Positions 13,280-25,999 of a stretch of 64,000 nt of DNA are shown in pieces. A program made the translations under genes and the position numbers. The notes beneath the pieces were generated by a model. The model was not told the DNA's origin and ran no database searches. It saw only the letters and a program-made list of their open reading frames with translations. This stretch comes from Camelus ferus. Taxonomy: Eukaryota. Every line of letters begins with the position of its first letter. The stretch's first letter is position 1. The stretch spans positions 32,862,001-32,926,000 of the forward strand of contig NC_045697.1 of assembly GCF_009834535.1 (NCBI RefSeq), read 5' to 3'.

Positions 13280-13325
13280 CAAATATTCTTTGTTGATACT
13301 TTCTTTCCATTGATGTACCCTCAAA

Positions 13326-13350
13326 ACACACACACACACACACACACACA
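13326..13350. repeat. (CA)n microsatellite, about 12 units
   Basis: Directly visible. Confidence 0.95.
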
Positions 13351-13873
13351 TAAATCCTGATACCAAAGTAGTCCATGATATTGAATCTTCTATTTTATAA
13401 TTGAGTCAAATATTATCAATCACAACCTATTTGCTTATTTTACTCTATTTATTATTTTTCAGCAGCTGCTGTTTTCACTAATAACCATTTACTGTTCAGT
13501 TAAGGAATTTCCTGTCTTTGCTTCTCTTATGTCTGTATTTAAACAACACTGAAATTCCTTCTTATATTATTTCTCAACAGGGGGAAACAACAATTCAATT
13601 CACAACATCATTTTTCTGAAGATTCTCTTCAGTTCTATTAGATCTCTGGTTTTCTATTTTTTTTTACTTTTTTCTTATTATAATTCCTCATTTTCATAGG
13701 ACACAATTATCAGAAGCTTCCTGAAAACAGATGACAATAAGTATACTTTTTGAGATATTACAGGCTTCAGTATGTTTGCTTGCATAGACCACCATGGCAT
13801 TAGGACCAGCTCAGTCTAATGGCTTCCTTTTGATTAATTCAGCATAGCATATTTTGTATTTTACTTATTTATC

Positions 13874-14710
13874 TGTTGATGGAAATGTCAATAAACAGTC
13901 TAAAATGGAGGTCTATAACCTGGGAGACACAAATTTAAGAAAAACTTGAATTGTGCTCTACCAGACTACAAAATGGGACAGTCTTATAAAGGCAACAACT
14001 GCAAAGTTACATACATTGTCAGAATTAGGATTGGATCTGGCAAGAAGTAAAGGTGCTTATCAGGCAAGGATTTGTTGGGGTTTAAATGGCTGCATAATTA
14101 TGAGGGGAGACTTTTAGACCATAAGGTTGCAGCTGACAGGTGCTAGCAGATGTTGTTTTGAGAACGGCTGGAGGTGTCCTTGATCTGATAAAGATCAGAA
14201 AATTCAAGTTCTCAGGAACCTGATACAGGAACATGTCTGAAGCAACATCCACAATGGCTACCTGCTCTGTGTTCAATGATTGTACCACAGTTACTCCATT
14301 TTGATTTTTTTATATATATTTTTAATGAGGTATAGTCAATTTACAATATTGTGTCAAGTTCTGGTGTACAGCACGATGCTTCAGTCATACATGAACGTAC
14401 ATAGATTTGTTTTCATATTCTTTTTCATCATAGGTTACTATAAGATACTGAATATAGTCCCCTGTGCTATACAGTATAAACTTGTTGTTTATCTATTTTA
14501 TGTGCATTAGTAATGTCTGCAAATCTAGAACTCTCAATTTATCCCATTTTGATTTTCAAGTGCATTCTTTTCTTTAATGGTTAAGGCAGATATATAATGA
14601 ACGTTTTGACAGTCCATAAGACAGGCTGTTCTACCTAGCATAAAGTTCAAGCCAAATCATGTGTAAGCCAGAATGACTTCCTCTAACTCAGTGTGTGAAA
14701 ATGTCTTCCA
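13874..14710 (-). mobile_element. ERV1-class solo LTR, interrupted by an L1 fragment
   Basis: TG..CA termini. Flanks ttatc / ttata (4/5). Minus-strand end tgtctcccaggttatagacctc..gtttattgacatttccatcaaca resembles ERV1 LTR U5 ends. Exact family not recognised. Confidence 0.7.
14309..14543 (-). mobile_element. Short camelid-type L1 3' fragment with a perfect 13-bp TSD
   Basis: ccattttgatttt at 14296-14308 and 14544-14556. Body tacaatattgtgtcaagttctggtgtacagc..ccctgtgctatacagtata is homologous to 12547-12690. Element-strand target TG/AAAA fits the L1 endonuclease. Confidence 0.9.
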
Positions 14711-16329
14711 TTATATCCTATCTATTGTTTGGTTCACTTCACTAAATAGTAAGTTCTATGAGGCCAGATTTTATTTCTTGCTTTATTTTCACTGCTGAAT
14801 TTGCTGTTTGTATTTGTTTTCACTGCTGTATCCCTGCTGCTCTGAAGGATCCCTACTAAACGTGAGGTATCTGATACAGTTATTGAATGACACAACAAAT
14901 GAATAAATAAATGAACTTAGGTTTGTTTTTATTGTTTGTGCTGAATACTTGTCCTTTGTATTGGGAAATTTTCTAAAATGATTCAGTTTTATTTTCTCCC
15001 CTCTATCTCTGTTCTATTATGAATATTGGACCTCCTGACATATTCTTTATTCTCACCTTTTATCTTTTGTTTTCTATTTCTTGTATTATTTTAGTTATTT
15101 TTCTCCATCTCCAGATAATTTCCTCAGCTCCATCTTTCCTTTTCTTATGTTTTCATTTCTGCTTTCAAATTTTTTCTAAATATTTCTTTAAAAATTCATT
15201 TTCTTGTTTGGAGGTGGAAGTATCTTGTTTCACCTATGAGAGATTAATAACAGGTGTGGAGGTATTTTGTTTTCTTCAATACATACTGTGATATCAAATA
15301 GACTACTATTTAGTACATTAATATACAATAGTCCATTTGCTTCTCAGTTCAGATCTTAAATAAATAAAATAAGTAATAGCATAATTTCTGCCTTAAAGCA
15401 TAGAAAACTGAAACCCAGTAGTGTTAAGTAACAGGACCATGGGGATCAGTTAGGCACAAAAGTTTATGATAGTTCTCCTGATTTCAGATATAATAACTTG
15501 TCTATTATATTGTGTAGCTGAAATATTTTAATGTCTTGACTTTCCAGGAGACCATTCAGAGTAACTATATTTTTGTTCTGTAAAAGTATTGTCTAGTATA
15601 AAATTGCTTCTTACACAATATTCTTTAGCATTAATTATATATATTTTATCCATTACTTGTCTGTATAGAAAAAGTGGCTGCTGCAGAACATCAAGAACTC
15701 TCATACACAAAATTTATTTTTCTTAATAAAAAGTGTGCAGCTGCATACAGTTGTAACCTGTAGAGATTTCTGAATTAATGGCTTTTAATAGTAGCTATTG
15801 AAAACTATGTTCATGGTTCTTGAAGCCTCTCATGGAGGTATGTCTTCAAAGTTCAATATCATTTTTTTCAAAGTAGCTAATTCACTAGCATACAGAAAGA
15901 CACCAGCATATTACATTGTGTTTTATCTTGTTTTTACAATTTCTTCTATCACAATGTATCAAAGTATTCTATTACCAAATATTTGCATGTGAGTGTGTGT
16001 GTGTTGAAATCAACCTCAGTATTCTCTCATTCTATATTTTAAAAGGATATAACTGCAGTATTTTGATGAAGATGTCTCGATGGCATCTGTCTATATCACA
16101 TTAGTCTAGTCAACATTCCAGTCCTTTATACAACATTAAATTGAAGATGAAGTACATTATGTGAGTGAAGCATCTAATAATGATCAGCTTGAGTCTGAAT
16201 CTTGAATTCTTACATGAACAATGGGTGGGAGTTGTTAGAAAAGAGCATAAGGAATGTGTGGCATAATTTTTCAATGAAATATACTATGTTATAAAGAGGG
16301 TAATCCAAAGATTAAAAAAAAACCTGATG

Positions 16330-18490
16330 TCAGATTTTTTAAATGAAGCTAATTCTGATAGTTAGCCAAAATAAGTTGATATTAGTTCAAGGTTGATGTG
16401 TTGATAAATATAATCAAATAGAAAGTACAACAGAAAAAAATTATAAAAGCATTAATAACAGTAATGAATCTAGGAATAATACTAGTAATATATGTGCTGG
16501 GCCTTCATAGCAAGCATTATTAAATCACACAATTTAGTTAAAAAACATGCATAAAAACCTGAAAATGGGAAGCTATACCATGTTTGTTAATAGAAATACA
16601 GAATATAAAATGTTGTTTAAAAATAATTTTCAAAAATTTATAAACTAATAATATTGATAACTGAATAGATAGGTGACATAGGGACAAATCTTATTTATGT
16701 TGGGAATTTATTAGAGGATAAAAATGTTTTAAGAACTCACTGGAAATACTTAATTCTTTCTTCTGTGACAAGTTGACTTCCAATATGGAAAACAAGTAAA
16801 GATAGATCTTACTCCACTCTTACAACAATCTATTCTTTATGAATTAAAGCAAAATGTATTAAAAACTGTTTAATCATTTTCGAAAATAGGGAAGCCTATC
16901 TATTGACTTGTTTATTAAACAAACCCAAAAGCACAGAGAGTAAAGGAAAAAAAAGCATACAAATGCATATAAAAGTATATAATTTCTTCTAAAAATAAAT
17001 CTTTTGTAAGAATAATATTCCATACAAAAGCAAGAAAAGATTCCCAAGGAATGAAGGGTAAGAAGAACAACAGCAGATAAAGGGAAATATGTGTGAGGCA
17101 CACAACTGAAAAAGTCCACAGAAGCCAACAAAAAAATTTGAAAAAAAATTTGAAAAGGAATTTACAGAGCAGACTCCTGAAAGATCAATATACATATGAA
17201 AAGATGAAAAATGCTTAATCTCACTATGATCAAGGAATTGAAGAATATAACAATAATGAGCTACTACACTGATTAGATTGGCGAAAAATAAATGAAATCT
17301 AGTAACATGAATGATGGGGATAAATGTAGATTGGTTCTGCCACAATGGAGATCAATTTAACAATATCTGATAAAGTTAAACATAACTGACAGCCTAGTTT
17401 AAATTTTGTTCTCTTAAGTACTTACCTTTTAAAAAATACTTCAAATATTTTTTTTGCCAAAAAAGACCTTTAAAAATATTAAAGGTACATTTTTCCTACT
17501 GGACTGAGTTTAAATGAATGAAATAGATCCATGCACAGCACTCACTACTCTAAAAACCATAGTGCTTAACTCAGTCGACAAATTTACAATAATGGAAATG
17601 TTAAATTGATTTAAGAATCAATAAGTTTACAACCATGTTAGATATTATCATTACTTAATTATGAGGTAAAATTGTAAAAATGTGGATGAGAATTTTCAAA
17701 ATTTATTAATCATAGTGGCAGCCTATAGTGAGACAGAGAAGTAAATGGAAATAGGTGGACATAAAGAAATGGACATCACTCATATATATATATTTATTAA
17801 AGAAACTAAGTTGACATACAATTAATTTTGGGAAAATATTATTATTATATTTTAATGTTAAATATATGCATATCCAGCATTTCAACACTTAACTATGTTC
17901 TTAGAGAAATTCATACACTTATGCTTCAGGCAATATGTACAAAATGTTTATCACATTTCTATGTAGAATATTAAAAAATTAAAATTGTTCAAATGCCTCC
18001 CTGAGAGAGTTTGAACATATATATTTTGGTATATTCTCTCAATGGACAATGGACTATTATACATGAGCGAAAGTGAATAAACTACAGCCATACTTAGCAA
18101 TATAGATGATTTTTTAAACTATGATGATGAGGAGGGAAAAGTATGCCTATCAGACGCTGTTAATGTAATGCCTTTTCCATAAAGCTCAAATATAAACATC
18201 TATCAAAAATACTTTGCTTTGTAATACAGTTACATAAAATAAAAATGTTTTATTAAAGTCAACAGTGATAGAGACAGAATTCAAGCTAGCGGTGACCTCT
18301 GGTGGGGGAAAGGCAAGAGGAAGATGGTGAAGACAAGTACCCAAATGGATAGGGTTGAGGACAGGGTTCTAGTTCTTGGGATGGACTGATGGTGTCACGT
18401 GCTCATTACAATACTGGGCTTTATGACTTGCATAAATATCACATGTATTACTTTTACTTATCAGTTATTGTATTAATAGGATTAAAAAAT
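16330..18490 (+). mobile_element. Old L1M (ORF2 3' part and 3' UTR), probably two pieces
   Basis: aaatgggaagctataccatgttt, catatgaaaagatg..aatctcact, aaagtgaataactacagccatac, and an L1ME-like 3' end. Confidence 0.7.
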
Positions 18491-18819
18491 ATAAGTCTCT
18501 GAAGAAATAAGTATGGAAAAAGTTAACATAAAAATGTTTCACAAGCATGAAGATGTTTCTTAAATTTATCTTCTATCCTAAATACTTTTAAAAACAATAA
18601 CAAGAATAACACACTTGAAATTTACTTATATAAAATATATTTTGGAGGTCAAAGAACATTAATATAAGATGACTACTAACATTAAAATGTGAAAGATTAT
18701 TGATATAGAATATCAATTGGACTTATTCTATATAGTTTCAGAGGTGCTAACTAATAACATTGGAGGAGGAGAATATTCTGAGAATTTTCTGAGCTGAAAA
18801 ATTCATGAGAAAGTGATTG

Positions 18820-19370
18820 GAGGATTGCTTAACACAGAGGATATAGTAAATGCAAAGGCAGTGTGATGAAAGAACACATGATATTCAATAAACTGAGGAA
18901 ATGTAGTGTATTAAGAACATAGAATATAAGGGAGAAAGTAGCCGGAGATGAGGCTGCAAAGGAAATCAGAGACTACATCAAGAAGGACCTTGGAAGCCTT
19001 TTTAAATATTTTGAATTAATCACAAGATCCCTGGAAAGACATCCCAAGTCTTTATTAGACTGTTGAGCATAATTAAATTTGCATTATAAAGATGATTTGG
19101 ATTTCTTCTTGAGATTGAAATTGAGAGAGCATGTTTTCAGGCCAGGGGACTAGTTTAGCACTCTTACATTAAACCTTGTGATAGGTGATGGTGACCTACA
19201 TAGAACCATGGTAGGGGCAAAGAAGACAAGTGGCAGTAATTGAGAGATAAAAGTAGGGTATAGTAAATAAGACTTGTGATCGACCTTGAAGGAGAAGCAA
19301 AAGATGAAGATAAAGATAGTGCCTAAAGTTTTGACTGGTAAAATGGATAAGCTCAGGGCCATCACTTCTT
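18820..19370 (-). mobile_element. LINE-2 fragment
   Basis: aaatgcaaaggc, ggagatgaggctgca, gataaagatagtgcctaaagttttgactgg. Confidence 0.65.
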
Positions 19371-19689
19371 AAAATAAAATAGCTTTGTTACAATATTTAT
19401 TATTTTACAATATATTTTACAAAATAAACTTGAAGTTATTCTGTGTATATAACACTATCAAGGCTTCATTTAACATGAAATATTATAAACTATGAATTTT
19501 AGTCACCCTAATTAGTAAATCTAAATTACTATGTTAAAATAATCTGCAATAAAATTATGTCTTATGTCTTGCTTTTATTGAAAATAAAATTATGAAAGTT
19601 TAAATGCTAGCTTGTCTCAATATCTGATTTCCTATAAAATAGTCCCAAGATTTGACAAATTTTCATGTGTTATTATAGACCTTAAGTAG

Positions 19690-19915
19690 GTTTTTTTCCC
19701 CCTAGCTTTTCATTTTGAGAAATGTCAAGCTTACAGAAAATTGAAAGAGTAATACAATAATATGCATATGATCTTCATCTTCACAAAGGATCAATTGTTA
19801 ATATGTTGTCACATTTGCATTCTCTTTTTCTCTATATATAGGCGTGTGTGTGTAAATGCGTGTGTTTTTTTAAGTGCTTTTGTGTACATTCTTTTGCTGA
19901 ATCATTTGAATGTCA
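19690..19915 (-). mobile_element. Old L1M 3' end (L1MB/MC-like)
   Basis: ttttcattttgagaaatgtcaagcttacagaaaattgaaaga..ttttgctgaatcatttgaa. Confidence 0.6.
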
Positions 19916-20117
19916 CTTTGAACCTTTCAAAAAAATTGTCCAAAACTTCGGACAAGGCAAAACTGGGCATGATTTTCTCTTTTCTTGGCTATTTTTCAGC
20001 TATATGGGAGGAGAAGTTAACTTGTATTTTGTTTTTTTAAATAGAAAGGCATACAAATAGATGGAAAGGCATACATATAGACTAAAAATAAGGATAAAAA
20101 ACAGGGAAATTAAACTC

Positions 20118-22301
20118 TGCTGTAGGCAGTGTCTAAACTGTTTCCAAATAATGCCTATCCTTGCCTCCCACTATCTTTACCCTTCTAAATATAGAATACA
20201 CACACCCACACACACACACACACACAGATGGTAAGATGTCATTTCCAAGATTAGATCACAAAATCTGACTTCTATCTTGGTTGCTGTCTCCCACTCTTTC
20301 ACTCACTGGATCTGATGGAAGCTTTAGGTTGGGTTTTGAGCTGCTTTATAAAGAGGCCTGTTTAGCAAGGAACAAACACCTTTGAACAGTAAGAAACTGA
20401 ATCCACTAACAATAATGAAGGTGAGCTTGGAAGCACATCTTCCATCTCCCACTGTAGCCCTGGCTGAAAGCTTATTGTAACCTTTAGTTACACACACTCA
20501 GCTGAGTATCTCCTAGTTTCTTGACCCATTAAAAACTGTGAGGTAATAAATACTTGTGTTTTTTAAGCTGCTAAATTTGGGGATGATTTGTTATACAATA
20601 TAGATATAGATTTTGATATCAAAGGTTGGGCAATTTCTTAAATACTTAAAGATATGAGATTGGCTGGGATCTTGGCATTGAGTAAATATAAGAAAGCTTT
20701 TGAAGACCATGTTATTAAAAAGCCAAAATTGCTTTTAACAGACTTAGTAGAAATCTGGACTTTGAGGATGCTGCTAGTGCAAGCTCAAAAGAAAATGAGG
20801 AACATGTCATTGGAAACTGGAGAAAGGGGGAATCCTTTGTATATAGTAGAAGAAAGAGTAGTAACAATATCACCTGCAGAAATAGAGAAAGTAAAAAATG
20901 TGCCTACTAAGCTGGATGACTTAGCTAAGTAAATTTTCAAGCAAAGTGTTAAAGTTTCCATCTTGTTATATCTTGCTGCTTATAGTAAAATGTGACAGGA
21001 CAGAGATAAATTGTTGGAAAGAGTGTTAAACAAAAAGGAGGTGAGACTTGGTGATTTGGAAACTTTAAGCCTTTCCAGATTGAAAACCATGTCAATATTT
21101 AGGGAACTTGTAAGAAAATACCTACTTCAGTAACTGTCAGTAAGACGTGACCTGGAGATGAAAGAGAGCACGTGACCGGCAGTCCTTCTGTCAAGGCCTC
21201 AGCAGGGTCTGAGACGGTTCCTCAGACTAGACGATTCAGTTGTACAAATAGACTCTTAAAGAGATTAAATGGAGTTCCTCCCAGATCTCATTGTCTCAAA
21301 CAATAAGATCTTCATGAAGTTTAACAGTTTTTCTCAAAGGGATTCGTTGGTGTAGCTTTTGTTTAAAAGAATAATGAGATTCACAGAAAGCCCACAAAGA
21401 TTTTGAGAGAATTACATTTACAGAAACCCTGTTAGCTTGAACCAAAATGATCAGAGACATTACATAATGAAAAGAAGCATCAGACCTCCCAAATTCTCCT
21501 GCAGGAAACAGGCAGAAGCGACTCAGCATTAAACAGGTACTATCTCTTATGAAAAAGGAAGAGTGTATCAGATGGTGAAAAGGACCTGAGTGCAGAGCCA
21601 AGAAACATGGAAGATTGTTCCTGGGCCTTAAGACTTAATCATGGAAATCCTGGCATTTTCATGGCAGGATACCAGAATTGCTATGGAGCAGGAACTTTTT
21701 TGTGCTTCTTATTTCACCCATTTAAAAAAATAGGAACAGCTCTTTTCATTGTCTTTGTTTGTCCCACCATAGTATGTAGGATGTGTGGGAACAGATACCT
21801 TATCTCTTTAATTCTACAGGCTGACAATCAAAAGGAACAATATTCAAGAAGAGGCAGAGAGCTATTTAAGGAACTATACCCAAAAAGCCTCATGTACTCT
21901 TTGAACAGGTTTAGGAAATGAGATTCTTACATTGAAGTGATACTTAAATGGGATAAGCTTTTGGGGGGCCTTGGGAAGTTGTGAGAATATTACGTACATA
22001 TGGGAAGAATGTTCAACTTTGGAGGTCAGAGGAGACACTGTGATAGGCAGTCTCTAAGATGACCCCCAGTGATCACCACTTCCTGCTATTCATGCCTTTG
22101 TGTGTTGCTGACCCCTAGAGCATGAGTTGGACTAATGACTCAGTCCTAAAGAGTAGACAATGGCAAAACTTTGGATGGCGCTTGCAGAGGCACCAAGCAA
22201 AGCCTAGTCCAGATACCTGACCCACAGAAACTCTGAGATAATAAATGTTTGCTGATTTAAAGTTAATTTTGGCCTAATTTGTTACACAAATAACTCATAC
22301 A
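20118..22301 (+). mobile_element. MaLR provirus (MLT1E-like): 5' LTR 20118-20608, internal region, internally deleted 3' LTR 22039-22301
   Basis: Both LTRs start with a TGTGGTAGGCAG-like motif and end gacccay..aaactstgag..ataaat..ttgttayaca. Internal region starts gattttgatatc. Purine tract ggaggtcagaggagacac precedes the 3' LTR. ORF 20654-20932 ends GNPLYIVEERVVTISPAEIEKVKNVPTKLDDLAK, similar to the MaLR internal ORF. Confidence 0.85.
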
Positions 22302-23100
22302 GATACAGATGATGAAATGCTGATAGAACGGAAAGTCCATTAAGTAAGAGCATAAATAATCAAAGAAACAAAAGAAATACATTTATTTTCAAGGAAGAGA
22401 CTTGAATCTTCAGATGGACGGGGTATACAAAATGTCGGAAGGAAAGGGAAATTTTAGCCACTTAGCCACATGTTAGAAATTTTTGATAACCAATAAAATG
22501 TTTGATCTCTAATAAGCTGTGAGTTCATCAAAACAAGAAAGTAAACATGTTTGCAAATTTCTGGGACTTGGAAATTTTACTTACCATATTCTTCCAAGAA
22601 AGTAGAAAACATGGGTTAAAACAATATATCCACCCAGAGATAAGTGAACTACACTCCAGTATGGCATCTGAATAGGAAACTTATATAGTACTTAGTGAAA
22701 CTTAGAACACATAATGAGAGCAATCCGGTCTTATGTGTCTTCAGGAAGATATGGATACTGTGTTAAATATGTTGTTTGATTAAGAATGTGAAAGAGCTTA
22801 AAAATAAAAGTAAATAAATATATCTTAAATACTTACTTACTTAAAAAGTAAATATGTATTTCTTCAACTGGAATTGAGAAAGTGAAATAGATGCTCTAAA
22901 GACAACAAAAAATGTCATGTGAGGAAATCATGTTTCACATATAAAGCAATCTGAAATATAGCATGATTTAAAGTAATTGATTGAGAATTTTAAAAAGTGC
23001 TTTCTAAAATAGGAAAGTCAGATCATCATTAATTGAATAATTCAGCAGAGATTATTTCATGCATAATCTCTATATATAATGCCTTTAAATTTATAAGGTA
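22302..23100 (+). mobile_element. Very old L1/HAL1-like ORF1-region remnant
   Basis: agacttgaatcttcagatggacggggtatacaaaatgtc resembles an old L1 ORF1 motif; A-rich on the plus strand. Confidence 0.4.
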
Positions 23101-24904
23101 ATATGTGATAGTAATTTCACTATGAGGTGGATTTTTTTTCTGAATATGATTTTCATTTCTGTAAGACATTAGGTTTATAGGTCATTTGTTCATAGAACTT
23201 TATCATGACATTGAGCTAAGATGTTATAAACTTATTTTAAGAAAAATAATCATAAGCTTTGCAATTGCATAGTGTCTACGATGACTTGTTTTTATGAACT
23301 AATTAAGTAAATTTCACTCTGTAGCAAGCTTTACTTAGGCCTATAGAGAAATAGGAGATTAAAAATAAACGTGTCTAATGACATTATTTTTTTAATACAT
23401 AATATAAGCTTCAGAGTGATTTTTAAAGGATATCATCTCTTGGTTATGAGTAATTTTGGTTTTTCTTATAGTCAGCATTTTTTCTAGTTTTAATTCAGTT
23501 ATTTTCTTGGCAAAATTTAATTGAAGTTAAGTTGCATTGCATTGTGCAGAAAGTGATTATCTCTGGGTAATTGTTAGATATTTTTAGTTTAAGTTAAAAA
23601 AATTAATATAATTTAATATTTTCAGAATCATTTTTAGCCATGCACTTTTACCACTTATAAAATTAGGAAAGTTAGCATGATTTTAATAAAAGTTCTAATT
23701 ATATGAGCAATTTAACAAAATAAACACAGTTTTTAGGATTTTAGCTGTACCTTACATATCCTTTAGGTTTGGCTAGTCATATGGCTATGTATCTGGCTTT
23801 CATCTATATATTTTTATTTCATTTTGTTGTAGTAGTACTTATAGTATTTAATATTGTTTAAAATTTTTCTTTTGTGTTATTTAATTTTTTATGCCATAGG
23901 GAAACTATGTAAAATAGTTAATATACATAAATGTGATTTAAAGATACATAGGAGAAGGGAAATCAAATAAAAAAGGACACTAAGGACTCATAAAAACAAA
24001 CTGATATAGTTCAATAGCATTTTGAATATATATTTTACTGTTAATTACTAGTGTGCCATTTTATTCAATATGCTCAGCTTTGTCTGGCACTGATTTACCA
24101 GTGCTTCATTGATCTTATATCCTTTTTCTGTTTCCACACATAAAGTACACATGCAGTCTAGACCTAAAACGCAAATAAATATGCATACAAGAATTAAAAG
24201 GAGATTCAGCGTCTCTTTCAAGTCTTGCCCTGTAGGTTGACTGTGGTTTCTTTCTTTTACCACTTGTTTTCTTTATGCTGGGTGGGAAAGCCTAGTTATC
24301 TCCAGTCTTCTCATGGCCGCTCCCTCCAAAATGTCCACTGTTTGCTTTTATTACAGTAAGAGCACTTCATCCTCCTTTGCATATGACTACCATTCACTCT
24401 GCTTTAAAAATAGAAATCTAACACTCACTCTATTAACCTACCCAGTAGGTATCTCTGTATAGCTATGTATCCATCAATACTTTCATCCATTCACCTACGT
24501 TAGCTAGATTTTTTTATGCTAACCCTGCCAAGCTCTTTCAAATATTCTACTATTTTCACTCATCTTTGAAGATTATCCAGTTTGTCACAATACTATGATT
24601 TACTCTTTTAAAATATTTTTGCTTTTTTAAAAAAATATTTCTATATTTTAAATTTCTGACTCATGATATAGAAATAGAGAAGGAGAGAGAAAGAGAGAGA
24701 GGAAAAGAAATATATGATTGCAATAAACATTGAAGATTCTGTAATAAGTATTAATCCTTCAAGGACCTCAGGCCTAAGGATATTACACAAGCATCAGCTT
24801 TATTTCAGGAGTTATAAAAATATGTAGAAAAATACAAATAGGTGGATTAGTGGCATCAACATTTTTGTTTTACTGGATATGTTCCTTTGACTATACATTT
24901 GACC

Positions 24905-24935
24905 TTTCTTCCTTCTTTTCTTCCTTCTTCCCTCC

Positions 24936-24966
<31 letters not shown>

Positions 24967-24972
24967 TTTTTC
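24905..24972. repeat. CT-rich simple repeat including (CT)n
   Basis: Directly visible. Confidence 0.9.
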
Positions 24973-25999
24973 CTTATTTAGTGGAATATGAATTAGTATA
25001 CCCTGACTTAGGAATCGTTGTTATGACTATCTATGCATGGCTCATAATACGTACTCAGGAAATTGTAGCTCTTGCTATTGCTAATGATATAAATGTGACG
25101 CTAATGAGAGGAAAGCTTACCAGAATGGGGTTGTGAACATTTAATCAGAAAGAGAAAGTACAAAACCAAAATTCTCTTTCACAGTCCTTTATCCTGGATT
25201 CTATTGCAAATTAAGGATGGAAAATAAGTTGTCTGCTTTTAAATACTATCTACTTAGTTATATTTTACATTCATATGCTGCTTTTTCAAAATTCCTTTAT
25301 CTTTTCCCTGCATCCAGGGTTAGTGAGATCTCTGAACTTTATTTAGATTAAGTAAAAATGAATAGAATGGCCAAGGGATTGTTTAGATATTGACATATTA
25401 TTAACCACTTCAGAGCTCAATTTGGCCTTGCTCCCAGGAATCCTGCCACCTGCAACAGCAGAGATAGCCAGATACTACAGAATGACAGCTATTACCTAGC
25501 AACTAATTAAAGCCATAGTGTGCTAAGGACTGAACTAAAGCTATCTAACAAAGATTAAGAGGGAAAAGAGCCTTGAGTGTTATTTTTCTTTTAATTCTGT
25601 CTAAAATACAGAGTATCTTGCTAAAACAGAGCAATCTCTAGACTTTAGGTCCAGCACTGGGCAAAACAAATCAGAAAAATTAATTAATAAAAACAAAGAT
25701 AGTATAGACTCCTAATTCCATTCAGTAAGAACTCTCTACATATGGATTTCCCTTTAAAAAATAGTATTTATTTAATCACTTATTTATTTCGTTGCCTTTT
25801 TATTTACATACATATTTGAATAAACTCCACTTTGAATACATGCTTTTTAAAAAACTATGCAAGACATGTATGTTGCAAAGCCTGGTTTTTTTGTATGACA
25901 TTTCTTGCGTCCTACCTCTCATTTGGTTGGCATCACCTAAGACCGTATTTGATCAGTGGCTGATCATTCTTTTTTTTGCAGAATTCAATATACCTGGTA

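Larger units (their letters stand above)
13800..14915 (+). mobile_element. LINE-2 3' end split by an LTR insertion
   Basis: catagcatattttgtattttacttatttatc on the left continues as ctattgtttgg..cactaaatagtaagttctatgaggccag..gaataaataaatgaa on the right. Confidence 0.55.
13400..15290 (-). mobile_element. Very old L1/HAL1-like remnant, interrupted by younger insertions
   Basis: T-rich decayed L1-like text on both sides of the nested block (gaagcttcctgaaaa.., ttgggaaattttct.., ttggacctcctg). Confidence 0.4.

Noticed and set aside
12860..13366. 168-aa ORF as a functional or domesticated gene
   Set aside because: Its first ~29 codons are flanking DNA read through a (TG)n repeat, the rest is a truncated L1 ORF2p end with a frameshift.
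20041..20080. 20-bp tandem duplication
   Set aside because: Two copies only, ordinary slippage.
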